A DNA stretch of 64,000 nucleotides from Candidatus Rifleibacteriota bacterium (GTDB lineage Bacteria; Muiribacteriota; Ozemobacteria; Ozemobacterales; Ozemobacteraceae), in the NCBI GenBank assembly GCA_012517355.1, contig JAAYVD010000014.1, positions 17,264 through 81,263 on the forward strand, given 5' to 3'. The notes beneath the pieces are model-generated. The model was given only the letters and a program-made list of their open reading frames with translations. It was not told where the DNA came from and did no database searches. Below, piece by piece: positions 9,646-19,470 of this stretch. Every line of letters starts with the position of its first letter. Position 1 is the stretch's first letter. The translations under genes and the position numbers were made by a program.

Positions 9646-10371
9646 TCAACCCGGGCGGCCGGCGCCGCGGCGGCGGGTCCCGCTCGGGCTTTTCTCCTCG
9701 CCCAGGCCGCGGGACCGGCCGTCCTGGTGACCCTCCGGGGTCGGCGGCAGGTCGGCCGGGGGCAGCCGGACGTCCTCGAACTCGATGCCATCGAGGTCGA
9801 GACCCCAGCGTGCGTACAGCTCCCCGACGGCGTCGGGGGGGAGGGTCTGGCGATACCGGCCGGCCGCCTCGCGCTGGCGCTGGATCTCGTAGAACAGCAC
9901 GGCGGCGGCCACCGACACGTTGAGGCTCTGCACGAACCCCATCATGGGCAGGACGACGTTGGTGTCGGTGAGTCGCAGGATGGCATCGGTGCAGCCGCGG
10001 TGCTCGTTGCCCAGCACCACGACCCAGCGCTTCGTCCAGTCGACCTGGCGGAAGTCGACGGCATTATGGGCCAGGTGGGTGGCGGCGACGGCGAACCCCT
10101 CCCCTTTCAGCCGGGCGAGGGTTGCTCCCAGGTCGGCCACCGCTTCCATGCTGACCCAGCGCTCAGATCCCATCGCCACTTCGGGGTTGGGCGGATCGGG
10201 CTCGTCGACGTCAGGCCGCCAGAGAACCCGCGAGAGGCCCGTGGCATCGGCCGAGCGCAGGATGGCCGACAGGTTGTGGGGATCGTGGACCCCGTCGAGG
10301 GCGACCACGATGTCGAGCTGGCGCCGGTGCAGGGCCTGGGCGACCCGGGCCAGGCGGCGGTCAGTCGGCAT
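9646..10371 (-). CDS. SpoU/TrmH-family RNA 2'-O-methyltransferase
   Basis: Start MPTDRRL (cat 10369-10371). SpoU motifs HNLSAILRSADATG, VVLGNEHRG and LPMMGFVQSLNVSVAAAV. Confidence 0.8.
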   Translation of the reverse strand: MPTDRRLARVAQALHRRQLDIVVALDGVHDPHNLSAILRSADATGLSRVLWRPDVDEPDPPNPEVAMGSERWVSMEAVADLGATLARLKGEGFAVAATHLAHNAVDFRQVDWTKRWVVVLGNEHRGCTDAILRLTDTNVVLPMMGFVQSLNVSVAAAVLFYEIQRQREAAGRYRQTLPPDAVGELYARWGLDLDGIEFEDVRLPPADLPPTPEGHQDGRSRGLGEEKSPSGTRRRGAGRPG

Positions 10372-11710
10372 CTTTCGGCCGTCCGGGGAAGGGGCTGCGC
10401 GGCGCGGGGACGTTCTCGGGGGGAGTCGCGGGGGCGGTGGCACGGGCGGGCTGGATGACGCCCCAGGAGCGGACGAACCCGGGTTCCAGCGCGATGCGGT
10501 CGATGCGGAGGGAGAGCCACGTCTTGCCGGCGTCGAACACCGGGTTGATGCCCGTGAACATGCCGCGGATCACCCCCTGGGGCAGCGACAGCCCGTTGAG
10601 CACGAGGGAGCGGCACCGGAAGTCGATCTGGCTCGCGTTGCAGAGGACGGGAACGCCGGCCAGGTCGAACCGAACGGTGAGGATCCCCTGACGGACCCGG
10701 CCGGTCAGCCTCGCCTCGCGGCCGTCGATCTTCATCTTCAGGCCCGACAGCTGGCGGGCGCGCGCCACCAGCTTGAACACCTCGAGGATGTTTTCGCCCG
10801 AGACGAACGTCTCGACCCGGACCGCGGTGGCTCGGCGGAAGCGGAGGAGATCCTGATCCAGGGCGGCGGGGTCGATCTCCACGTCGGGGAATTCGAACAC
10901 GGCGCGCTCGATGGTCAGGTCATAGTAGCGCACCTTCCGGCAGGAGACGGTGATGGTGCGGAACCGGCCGGTCGCGGCGTCGTCGGCCGCGAAGCTCACC
11001 GCGATCGACGCCGGGCGCGGAGTGATCTGCGCGATCTGGGCGACCTGGGTCGCGGTGTAGCCGAGCCGGTCGAACAGTTCCGTGGCGCGGAAGCTCCGGG
11101 AATCGGCGAAGGCGCGGCTGACCGCCCGTTCGAGGTGCAGGGCCAGAGGGTTGGCGGCGGGGGGAAGGCCGGCCGGGGCGGCGGCCGAGCCGGGGTCCGG
11201 GGGGGTGGCACCGGCAGGAGGAGCGGTGTTCGTGGTCGGGGCGGGGCCCGGCGCGGGCCAGGCCGGCAGGACCTTGGCCCCCGGGGCGATGGGCGCGGGA
11301 AGCCGGGGGGTGGCCCAGGCGGCAGCGGACGCGGGGGCGGGATAGGCCACGCCCGCGGGTGGCCGTTCGACGGTGGGGACGGGCCCGGGGAACCGGCGGC
11401 CGGCGCTCGGGGGCCGGACGAGGGCTGCGGGTTGGCCTGTGCGGGTGGGGGAAGTTGGACTCGTGGCCACGGGCGCGGGTTGTCCGGGGCCGGCGAAGGC
11501 GCGCGGGGACGTGGCCGGCGCGGACCCCGTCGCCACCGCCGTTGCCGTCGGCGTGGCGGCTGGAGCCGCCTGGGGAGAGGCCATGCCGATGCTTTTGGCC
11601 TGGGCTCCCGTGGCCGCCAGAACCGTCAGGAGCAGCAGGGACCACGCCAGGCACCAACCTCTGGGGGGCTGTCGCAAGGGGGTCACGGGGTTCTCCTTGT
11701 GCATGCGCAT
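10361..11710 (-). CDS. Secreted protein with a long Pro/Ala-rich linker and a globular C-terminal domain
   Basis: Signal peptide (WCLAWSLLLLTVLAATGAQA), about 170 aa of low-complexity P/A/T, then an about 230-aa non-biased domain. Function unknown. Confidence 0.55.
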   Translation of the reverse strand: MRMHKENPVTPLRQPPRGWCLAWSLLLLTVLAATGAQAKSIGMASPQAAPAATPTATAVATGSAPATSPRAFAGPGQPAPVATSPTSPTRTGQPAALVRPPSAGRRFPGPVPTVERPPAGVAYPAPASAAAWATPRLPAPIAPGAKVLPAWPAPGPAPTTNTAPPAGATPPDPGSAAAPAGLPPAANPLALHLERAVSRAFADSRSFRATELFDRLGYTATQVAQIAQITPRPASIAVSFAADDAATGRFRTITVSCRKVRYYDLTIERAVFEFPDVEIDPAALDQDLLRFRRATAVRVETFVSGENILEVFKLVARARQLSGLKMKIDGREARLTGRVRQGILTVRFDLAGVPVLCNASQIDFRCRSLVLNGLSLPQGVIRGMFTGINPVFDAGKTWLSLRIDRIALEPGFVRSWGVIQPARATAPATPPENVPAPRSPFPGRPKDAD

Positions 11711-12055
11711 GTCATTGGTTGTACTTCATCCTCTCGGGGTTTTCCAGTCCCTGAATTCCGTAGGAATCCGGGAGGGATGAACCCGTGTCGGGAACCTGGG
11801 CCCCTGAAAACCGGCGGATTCCCGGGCAACCATATCATTTCCGGCAATCCTGCTGGGATAGGTCGGCGCCTGATCGACGGCGATCAGCGAGGATGAAGAC
11901 AATCGCTGCATTCCTCCGTGACGAAACAGCATCCCCTCTTATGAAGCCGTCGGACCATTCCTGCCGATCGGCTGGCAACGCATCGCTGCCACCGGCCTGG
12001 TCGCCCTGGTTCCTCCCGCATTCCGGCAAACGGCAGAGCCCGGCTCTTCCCCGCG

Positions 12056-12183
12056 CCTTCAAACCCTTGGAAATCCTGGCCCCGCGGGGATGTTGTGACC
12101 CCTTTCGCCCATTCTCCCACTTCCCCGTTTCCCCTTCGTCCTCGAAGGGGCTGCCACCCAGCCGGATTCTCCTTTGTCCTGGG
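12056..12183 (+). repeat. Polypyrimidine intergenic repeat element, copy A
   Basis: Aligns by eye with 31986-32114. The core CGCCCATTCTCCCACTTCCCCGTTTCCCCTTCGTCCTCGAA matches CGCCCATTCCCCTCCTTCTCCGTTTCCCCTGCGTTCCTGAA at 33 of 41 positions. Looser similarity continues on both sides. Confidence 0.7.
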
Positions 12184-12252
12184 CGAGGGTCCTTGCCCGA
12201 CAAGGCGGATGGTCGAGGGATGCCCAGGTCCGTCGGCGGGTTTTCGGCCGTG

Positions 12253-14109
12253 TCATTTCCCGCCTTCGGGGCGGGGGTCTCCGGCGGAGCTGCGGGGTTG
12301 CAGGGAGGCGACGACCAGGGTGGCGGTCTTCAGCGGAATGCCGGCGCGGGCGGCGAGTTCCTCGGGGGTGGCCTGGGCGGCCTTTTCCACCGACCCGAAG
12401 GCGGCGAGGATCTTCTGCAGGGTGCGGGGGCCGACGCCGGGCAGGGTCAGCAGGGCCGAGCGCATGACGCGGCGGGAATGGGTCTTCTTCTGGAACGTGT
12501 TGGCGAACCGGTGGGCCTCGTTGCGCAGCCTGACCAGAACCCGCATGGCGGGGGAGACGAGGGGCAGGCGCACGGGTTCCCCGACGGGCGGCACCAGGAG
12601 TTCCTCGCGCTTGGCCAGGCCGAACACCGGCCGGTCGACGCCCAGGGCATCGAGTTCGGCGCGCGCGGCCCGGGCCTGGGTGATGCCGCCGTCGACGACG
12701 AGCAGGTCGGCCAGGGGCTGGTTCTCGCGGACCTGGCGGGAGAACCGGCGGCGGGTGACCTCGGCGATCGAGGCGGGGTCGTCGATGCCGGTCACCTCCT
12801 TGATGTGGAAGAGGCGGTATTCGCCGCGGCGCGGTTCCCCGTTGACCGAGACCACCAGCGAAGCGACGGGGTCGGCCCCTTGCAGGTGGGAGATGTCGAT
12901 GCACTCGATCCGGAACGGCAGGCGGGGCAGGGCCAGACGCCGCTCCAGGTCGAGGATCCCCTCGGCCACCCGCTCCGGGCCCGGCGACTTGAGGTTGCGC
13001 AGGATCTCGAGGGCGTTGTCCCCGGCCATCCGCAGGAGCTTGCTGAACGGGCCGCGGCGCGCCGTCCCGAACCGGACCGGATGGCCGCAGAGGCCGGCCA
13101 GGAACTCCTGCAACGGGGCCAACGGCGACGGCGGCTGGGCGGCCAGGATGCGGGGCGGGATCAGGTTGCGCTCGTAGAACCGCATCATCAGGCTCCCCAG
13201 CAGGGCGCGGGGGGAGGCCCCGGGTTCGCGCTCGGCCTCGATCGTCCGGTTCCCCAGCAGCTTGCCCCCGCGGACGAAGAAGACCGAGGCCACCAGCCGG
13301 TCGGGGCTCTCGGCGAGCCCCCACAGGTCGCGGTCGACGGGCTTGACCAGCTCGACCTTCTGCGCCTGGAAGAAGCTTTCCAGCGCCCCCACGGTGTCCC
13401 GCAGGTCGGCCGCCTCCTCGAAGCGGAACTCGGCGGCCAGTTCGGCCATCCGTCGGCGCATGCCCTCGAGGTCGGGAAGTTCGCGGCCCGACAGGATCTC
13501 CACCGCCCGATCGGCCGCCTTCCGGTATTCCTCCGGGGTGACCGCCCCGATGCAGGCCCCCATGCACTGGCCGAGGTGGTGCCGCAGGCAGGCCTTCTTC
13601 TCGGGGCGGTCGGGCCGCAGGACGCGGTTTCCGGCGCACAACCGCAGGGTGCGCGAGAGCAGGTCGATGATGCGTCTGAGGCCGCCCTCGTCGGGGAAGG
13701 GCCCGAAGTAGACGTTGCCGTCGCGGAAGGAGACCCGGCGCACCTTCTCGATGCGCGGGAAGGGTTCCGACAGCGTGACCCGCAGGTAGGGGTGGGTCTT
13801 GCTGTCCTTCAGCATGACGTTGTAATGGGGCTTGTGCCGCTTGATCAGGTTGTTCTCGAGGATCAGCGCCTCGACCTCGGTGCCCGTGACGATGAACTCG
13901 ATGTCGGCGATGGCCGCCACCAGGAACCGGGTCTTCGCGTCGCGGCGCTTGCCGGAAAAATACGATCGCACGCGGTTCTTCAGGGACCGCGACTTGCCGA
14001 CGTAGATGATCACCCCTGCCCCGTTCCGCATGAGGTAGACCCCGGGGCGGGCGGGCAGGGTGCCCAGGAGCCGCTTCAGGCGGTCGGGTTCGAGACGGGA
14101 CTTTCCCAT
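12253..14109 (-). CDS. uvrC: Excinuclease ABC subunit C
   Basis: Internal ATG (14107-14109). GIY-YIG N-terminus PARPGVYLMRN...IIYVGKSRSLKNRVRSYF, a UVR domain, an RNase H-like endonuclease domain and a C-terminal (HhH)2. Confidence 0.9.
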   Translation of the reverse strand: MGKSRLEPDRLKRLLGTLPARPGVYLMRNGAGVIIYVGKSRSLKNRVRSYFSGKRRDAKTRFLVAAIADIEFIVTGTEVEALILENNLIKRHKPHYNVMLKDSKTHPYLRVTLSEPFPRIEKVRRVSFRDGNVYFGPFPDEGGLRRIIDLLSRTLRLCAGNRVLRPDRPEKKACLRHHLGQCMGACIGAVTPEEYRKAADRAVEILSGRELPDLEGMRRRMAELAAEFRFEEAADLRDTVGALESFFQAQKVELVKPVDRDLWGLAESPDRLVASVFFVRGGKLLGNRTIEAEREPGASPRALLGSLMMRFYERNLIPPRILAAQPPSPLAPLQEFLAGLCGHPVRFGTARRGPFSKLLRMAGDNALEILRNLKSPGPERVAEGILDLERRLALPRLPFRIECIDISHLQGADPVASLVVSVNGEPRRGEYRLFHIKEVTGIDDPASIAEVTRRRFSRQVRENQPLADLLVVDGGITQARAARAELDALGVDRPVFGLAKREELLVPPVGEPVRLPLVSPAMRVLVRLRNEAHRFANTFQKKTHSRRVMRSALLTLPGVGPRTLQKILAAFGSVEKAAQATPEELAARAGIPLKTATLVVASLQPRSSAGDPRPEGGK

Positions 14110-15284
14110 TTGTCCAACAGCAGCCAGCCGACGGCCAGGCCGAGCACCATGAGGGTGCCGCCCAGCCCGAAAAAGAAGCCCGTCCCCAGTTGGGGCAGGG
14201 CCAGATTGGCGGTGAACATCGCCACCAGGCCGCGCATTCCCATGTGCAGGGTGTAGACGGAGGCGAACACGCCGATCTCGGTCTCGGGGGCCATGGTCAG
14301 CACCAGCACCGGCCAGCACAGGTCGAACGAGGCGTTCATCACGCCGGTGAGGGCGAAGGGGATGGCCAGCCATTCCAGGCGGGGGGCGAAGTAGAAGACG
14401 AGCGGGTTGGCCACTCCTGCCGCCATGCCGACCAGCAGCCCGCGGGTGCCCCCGATGCGGCCGAGCAAAGCCCCGATGGCCACGTAGCTGCCCATCTGCA
14501 GAAGGCTGGTCAGGCCGTTGAGATACCCAAGGGAGGCGTTGGTGATGTGGAACCGGTCGACCAGCATGGTGGGCAGGGACCCGACGACCAGCAGGTTGCC
14601 GAACCCGAAGAAGAGGACGGTGACGTTCAGCCAGAAGAAGGCTTCCGACCCGGCCAGGGTGCGCAGGATGTCGCGCGGGCCGATCGAGACCGGCGAAAAG
14701 AGCGGCGACCGGTCGCGGGGGAACATGTGCCAGAAGCCGAACGACGAGACCGACCCGGAGATGCCGGCCAGCAAAAAAGGCAGGAAGAAGTGGCCCTGGT
14801 CCATGAGCAGCCCGCCCATGGCCGACCCGGCGATCATCGCGCCGGCGATGAAGAACCGCACCAGGCCCATGGCCAGGCCCCGGCCTTGGGGGGTGTACAT
14901 CTCCTTCAGCACCCGCGTGTAGGCGGCCAGGCCGAGCGATTCGACGAACTGGGCGACGACGAAGAAGGCCAGGATCCAACGGGTGGTCGAGGACAGGCCG
15001 ATGAAGGCGACGCAGAACCGGGAGAAGAAGGTCGGAATGGTGACCAGGTCGAGGGCCCGGAAGCCTTTCAGGAAACGGTAGAACGGGAAGGCCACCACCA
15101 GCGACAGGAACGGGGCGGCGAGGGACAGGCCCATCTCGAACGGGGTCGCCTCGAGCCGTTTGAGGATCACCGGGACGAAGGGGGCCGAAAAGCCCAGGAA
15201 GAACCCGTAATAGGCGCCGGCCACCGCGTCGAGGATGTAGTTGCGGCGGTCCTGCAGCGGAACCCGGCTGGCGAAGGGAAACAT
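14076..15284 (-). CDS. MFS-type transporter
   Basis: 402 aa and about 12 hydrophobic segments. Its 3' end overlaps the uvrC start by 34 nt. Confidence 0.7.
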   Translation of the reverse strand: MFPFASRVPLQDRRNYILDAVAGAYYGFFLGFSAPFVPVILKRLEATPFEMGLSLAAPFLSLVVAFPFYRFLKGFRALDLVTIPTFFSRFCVAFIGLSSTTRWILAFFVVAQFVESLGLAAYTRVLKEMYTPQGRGLAMGLVRFFIAGAMIAGSAMGGLLMDQGHFFLPFLLAGISGSVSSFGFWHMFPRDRSPLFSPVSIGPRDILRTLAGSEAFFWLNVTVLFFGFGNLLVVGSLPTMLVDRFHITNASLGYLNGLTSLLQMGSYVAIGALLGRIGGTRGLLVGMAAGVANPLVFYFAPRLEWLAIPFALTGVMNASFDLCWPVLVLTMAPETEIGVFASVYTLHMGMRGLVAMFTANLALPQLGTGFFFGLGGTLMVLGLAVGWLLLDKWESPVSNPTA

Positions 15285-15336
15285 GGGTGGGTGGTTGCGT
15301 TGCCCTGGTGGGGCGGTCCGGCGGGGGGCCGGGCCG

Positions 15337-16425
15337 TCAGGGGGCCGTTCCGGTGCGTGCCGGTTTCGCGGGGGGCGGAGCAGGATCAGACGAGGAGCCG
15401 ATCGCCGCCGACGTGGCTGCCGCAGGGCCGGAGGAGGGGTCGGGCGCGGACGACGGGTCGGGGACAGTTGAAGAAACGGGGGTGTCGTAATCCTCCTGGA
15501 AATCGGGCAGAAGAGCGGTTCCCGTGGCGGCGACCGGGCCGGAAGCCGTCAGGGACTCCGTTCCCGACCCGGGCCCGGTCGCGGCATCCCCGGAACCTGG
15601 TGAAGTCGCGCTCCAGCCGGTTCCCGACGCGTTTTCCCCGGCCGTTCCCGAGGCGGGACCGTCTTCCGACCGGACGTCGATCCGCTCGATGGTGAAGAAC
15701 CGCAGCCGCTCGTTCCCGGGAGAGGGCCGCCAGACCCCCGTCAGCTTGACGGGATGGTCGAGGACCCCGTCCTTCTTGACTTCCGACAGGAGGGAAAGGT
15801 TCGACCGGAGGGGAATCCGCGCCCCTTCGCTGGCGACCAGGACCCACCGGCGGAAGCTGGCCCGCCGGCCCACGGCATGTTCCTCGATGCGCAGGCGGCC
15901 CTCCAGGGTGACGGGTTTTTCCGCCTCTTCGCGGGCCTGTTCCAGCAGTTCCTCGGCGGCGGTCCGCAGCAGGACGGGTTCGAGGGCGGGGGCCTTCTCC
16001 CCGCGGCGTTCCGGTTTCTTCCGGCGGCGGGTCGACCTGGTTTCGAAGGCGTCGGGGACACCGCCGGAGGCCGGCCCGGGCAGGACCTCACCGGCGGTGG
16101 GGATGGCTTCACCGAGTTCGATGCCCAGCACCTCGGCCGACTCGGCGGCTTCGGGTGCCGTTCCGCCGGGCCGGACCTCGGGCACCGGTTCCACCCCGTC
16201 GGTCTCATCGGTCCCATCCACGGGGAGAACTTCTTCAGGCCTTTCCCCGGGGTGGAGGTCGCCGACGATCGACGGGCCTGACGCCGGTGTCCGCCCCGTC
16301 TCCAGGTTCCCGGTGGGGACGGCCCGCGGGCGGGCTGTGGGCTGGGCTGGCAGGCCGGGGCTTCCCAGGAACAACAGGGCCGCTCCCAGAGCGGCCCGAA
16401 GGATGGACGCGACCCTACTCTTCAT
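15337..16425 (-). CDS. Secreted hypothetical protein with low-complexity flanks
   Basis: Signal peptide MKSRVASILRAALGAALLFLGSPGLPAQP. A central non-biased domain of about 100 aa is flanked by acidic and Ser/Pro/Gly-rich regions. It overlaps the upstream secretin-N gene by 11 nt. Confidence 0.5.
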   Translation of the reverse strand: MKSRVASILRAALGAALLFLGSPGLPAQPTARPRAVPTGNLETGRTPASGPSIVGDLHPGERPEEVLPVDGTDETDGVEPVPEVRPGGTAPEAAESAEVLGIELGEAIPTAGEVLPGPASGGVPDAFETRSTRRRKKPERRGEKAPALEPVLLRTAAEELLEQAREEAEKPVTLEGRLRIEEHAVGRRASFRRWVLVASEGARIPLRSNLSLLSEVKKDGVLDHPVKLTGVWRPSPGNERLRFFTIERIDVRSEDGPASGTAGENASGTGWSATSPGSGDAATGPGSGTESLTASGPVAATGTALLPDFQEDYDTPVSSTVPDPSSAPDPSSGPAAATSAAIGSSSDPAPPPAKPARTGTAP

Positions 16426-16912
16426 ACACCACGATCAGGCGGTTGGTGCGCTCGTCGTGCGTGACCCGGGCGCGCTTGTCGATCTTGATCGTCTCGATCA
16501 TCTTGGCCACGTCGGCCGCCTTGGCGTTCTGCAAAGGAATGACTTCCATGCGGGTCCGGGAGCCGGCAGGGATGTCGGTGAGGATCAACAGGATCCGGCC
16601 GTGGTCCTCGATCACCAGGCCGTTGGTGCGGGCGATGAAGAGGATCAGTTCGCGCGGATCCATGTCGACCACGCGGCAGGTGAGGGAACCCTTCACCTTG
16701 GGAGAGACGAGGACATTGATGCCCGCCTTGTTGGCCAGCAACTGGAAGACCTGTCGCAGGTCGGCGTCGCGAACGTCCAGCGTGACCTGCGAGGCGTCGC
16801 CGGTCACCTGTGCCGAGGCGGCCGGCAGGGCGCCGGGGGCGATCGACATGGCCAGCAGAAGCACCAAACCTGCGACGTGGGCCTTCCCAAAACCGCGAAA
16901 CTCCAGAACCAT
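16415..16912 (-). CDS. Stand-alone secretin N-terminal (N0 + Secretin_N-like) domain protein, without a beta-barrel secretin domain
   Basis: Internal ATG (16910-16912). Signal peptide, then VTLDVRDADLRQVFQLLANKAGINVLVSPKVKGSLT (N0-type) and IPLQNAKAADVAKMIETI...DERTNRLIVV (Secretin_N-type). The protein ends after 165 aa. Confidence 0.6.
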   Translation of the reverse strand: MVLEFRGFGKAHVAGLVLLLAMSIAPGALPAASAQVTGDASQVTLDVRDADLRQVFQLLANKAGINVLVSPKVKGSLTCRVVDMDPRELILFIARTNGLVIEDHGRILLILTDIPAGSRTRMEVIPLQNAKAADVAKMIETIKIDKRARVTHDERTNRLIVVYEE

Positions 16913-17060
16913 GGCCGGCCTCCTTGTATCGTTCGGTGGCCCACTATACCACAATCCCCTCCCCTTTCGCCCCCACCGCCCGAGGTCGGGCCCGAGTTCG
17001 GGCTTGCCCTGTCCCCGCCGTTGCGGTACATTTACGGAAGAGAATGGGAAGGTGAAGAGG

Positions 17061-17795
17061 ATGCGACCGATTCTGGTCACCCTGCTGCTGCTCGGCTGCC
17101 TGGCGGCCACCCTGGCCTGGTTCCGCCTGGGGCACGTGGCGGCGCGCGATCACAAGGGAGGAACCGACGACATGACCGGGGAACGGGCCGAAATGGTGCG
17201 GGTGCTGACAGCCTACGGGATCACCGACCCGCGCATCCTGGCCACCATGGGCAAGGTCCGGCGGCACCGGTTCATTCCGGAGTCGTTCCGCGGGTCCGCC
17301 GACCCCTACGGCGATCACCCCTGCCCGATCGGGCACGGGCAGACCATTTCCCAGCCCTACATCGTGGCCTACATGACCGGCCGGATCAACCCGCAGCCGG
17401 GCGAGAAGATCCTCGAGATCGGCACCGGCTCGGGGTACCAGGCGGCCGTCCTGGCCGACCTGGGGGCCGACGTCTACAGCGTCGAGATCATTCCCGCCCT
17501 GGCCGATCACGCCCGGGCGGTGCTGGCGGCCGAGGGATTCCGGGTGAACGTGCTGGCGGGCGACGGCTACCAGGGGTGGCCCGAGCACGCCCCCTACGAC
17601 GCGGTCATCGTCACCTGCGCCCCCGAGCAGCTGCCCCGGGCCCTCGTCGATCAGTTGAAAGACGGAGGCAGGATGATCCTGCCGCTCGGGGAATCGGGGT
17701 TCCAGCGCCTGGTGGTGCTGCGCAAGTCGGGGACGGCATTCACCCAGGAGGAGGATCTTCCGGTGCGCTTCGTCCCGATGGTTCCAGGGGAGTGA
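17061..17795 (+). CDS. pcm: Protein-L-isoaspartate O-methyltransferase with an N-terminal hydrophobic signal/anchor
   Basis: ATG at 17061 after GGAAGGTGAAGAGG. Motifs GQTISQPYIVA, ILEIGTGSGYQAA and a C-terminal LPLG...VPMV. N-terminus MRPILVTLLLLGCLAATLAWF. Confidence 0.85.
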   Translation: MRPILVTLLLLGCLAATLAWFRLGHVAARDHKGGTDDMTGERAEMVRVLTAYGITDPRILATMGKVRRHRFIPESFRGSADPYGDHPCPIGHGQTISQPYIVAYMTGRINPQPGEKILEIGTGSGYQAAVLADLGADVYSVEIIPALADHARAVLAAEGFRVNVLAGDGYQGWPEHAPYDAVIVTCAPEQLPRALVDQLKDGGRMILPLGESGFQRLVVLRKSGTAFTQEEDLPVRFVPMVPGE

Positions 17796-18339
17796 CCGGC
17801 GGCCGGGCCGGCCGGAACGAGAAGAACAGCATGGCGCCGCCGACCACCGTGAAGGTGACGTAATCGGTGGGCAGGTGGAAGGTCCAGGACTTGTGCCACG
17901 GGATCTCGGCCGGGGTGAAGCGGGCCCAGCCGTAGGCCGGGTTGAGCAGGAACCACAGGAAGTCCTCGACGATCCAGAACACCATGACGCTGCCCAGGAT
18001 GCGGGCTTCGAGGCGCAGATTCCACTGCCAGGCCCAGAAGGCCGGCAGATGGAAGATCAGGAACATGAACGAGAAGACCCAGGCGTGATAGCCGGTCATC
18101 GGCCGTCCGCCCCAGAAGATGTCGAGAAGCCAGTGCGACTCGATGCGCCAGGTGGGCAGGCCGGCCGCCCAGCCCTGGGCGCCCTCGATCTGGATCTCCA
18201 CCATCGCGAAAAAGAAGGCCAGCAGGCAGACCCAGGTCAGATACCCGGCAACGTGGGCCCAGGGAAAGGGCCGGTGGGCTTCCGGCGGCGCGCCCCCACC
18301 CTCCCCCACCCCAGGCATTCCCGGTCCAGGCCGTTCCAT
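17740..18339 (-). CDS. Hypothetical polytopic membrane protein
   Basis: Trp/Phe-rich with 4-5 TM segments. It starts 3 nt downstream of the GT28 gene. Its 3' end overlaps the convergent pcm 3' end by 56 nt. Confidence 0.5.
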   Translation of the reverse strand: MERPGPGMPGVGEGGGAPPEAHRPFPWAHVAGYLTWVCLLAFFFAMVEIQIEGAQGWAAGLPTWRIESHWLLDIFWGGRPMTGYHAWVFSFMFLIFHLPAFWAWQWNLRLEARILGSVMVFWIVEDFLWFLLNPAYGWARFTPAEIPWHKSWTFHLPTDYVTFTVVGGAMLFFSFRPARPPVTPLEPSGRSAPEDPPPG

Positions 18340-18342
18340 CGG

Positions 18343-19470
18343 TCAGGTTCCCGCGCAGACCTTTTCCAGCACGGCGCGGGCGGCTCCCGGCCGGGCCAGG
18401 GCCCGGGCTCTGGCGGCCATGGCTTTCACCCGGTCGGGGTCCTGCAAAAGGCCGGCGATGCGGAACTCGAGGCCGGCCCCGTCGTAGGCCTTGAGGGCGA
18501 CGCCGCTTTCCAGCAGGAAATCGGCGTTGCGCTCCTCCTGCCCCGGGATGGGCGACACGATGACCATGGGCAGGCCCATGGCCAGGCATTCCGAGGTGGT
18601 GAGGCCGCCGGGCTTGGTGACCGCGAAGTCGGCAACGGCCATCAGCCGCTCGATGGTGCGGGTGAAACCCATGGGGAACAGCTTGCCGGGAGCCCCGGCC
18701 TGCAGCTTCTTCAGGCTTCCCAGCAGTTCCTCGTTCCTGCCGGCGAGGGCGATGATCTGGAAATCCCCGGGAACCTTGAGCAGGCGCTCGACCAGCAGGT
18801 CGATCCCTCCCACCCCATAGCCTCCCGACATCATCAGGATGGTCTTGCGCTTCAGGTCGAGACCGAGCTCGCGCGCCGTCTCCTCGCGGTTCTGCGGCTG
18901 GCCGAAGATGGGCATGATGGGAATGCCGGTTACGGTGATCGTGTCGCGGGCGACCCCGCGGTCGGCCATCCGGAAGGCCACTTCCTCGTTGGCCACGAAG
19001 TAGCCCGTCACATCGCTCTGGATCCACATCGCGTGGATGTCGAAGTCGGTCACCTGCACCCAGACCGGCTTGGTGAAGGCCCCGGCCACGCGTTCGCGCG
19101 ACAGCAGTTCAGCCGGCAGGAAGTGGGTGCAGACCACCCGGTCGGGATTCAATTCGGTCATCCGGGCCATGAACTGCCGGGTGTTGAGACGCTGCACCGC
19201 CCGTCGCAGCTTGTTCAGCGAGGAATCGGCCTTCTGGCGGTCGGCCTTCTTGTAGAGGATGCCCCACAACGAGGGGTGGTTTTCCACCAGCGAAAGATAG
19301 GATTCGGCGTAGAGCTTGCGGAAGATGTCGCCGACGGTGGTCATGACATCGATGTGCACCGGTTCGAACTGGGGGAAATGCTGCTCGGCGGCCGCTTTGA
19401 GAGCCTCGGCCGCGCGCACGTGGCCGGCGCCCGCCGACACGCTCAGGATCGCCAGGATCGGTTTGCCCAT
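18343..19470 (-). CDS. MGDG-synthase / UgtP-like diacylglycerol glycosyltransferase (GT28)
   Basis: N-terminus ILSVSAGAGHVRAAEAL, C-terminal GT-B motifs KPGGLTTSECLAMGLPMV and PGQEERNADFL. Confidence 0.8.
   Translation of the reverse strand: MGKPILAILSVSAGAGHVRAAEALKAAAEQHFPQFEPVHIDVMTTVGDIFRKLYAESYLSLVENHPSLWGILYKKADRQKADSSLNKLRRAVQRLNTRQFMARMTELNPDRVVCTHFLPAELLSRERVAGAFTKPVWVQVTDFDIHAMWIQSDVTGYFVANEEVAFRMADRGVARDTITVTGIPIMPIFGQPQNREETARELGLDLKRKTILMMSGGYGVGGIDLLVERLLKVPGDFQIIALAGRNEELLGSLKKLQAGAPGKLFPMGFTRTIERLMAVADFAVTKPGGLTTSECLAMGLPMVIVSPIPGQEERNADFLLESGVALKAYDGAGLEFRIAGLLQDPDRVKAMAARARALARPGAARAVLEKVCAGT

Noticed and set aside
12253-14979. 908-aa ORF suggesting a much longer UvrC
   Set aside because: The UvrC GIY-YIG domain begins right at the internal Met (14109). 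The extension overlaps the MFS transporter gene in another frame and is Arg/Pro/Gly-rich.
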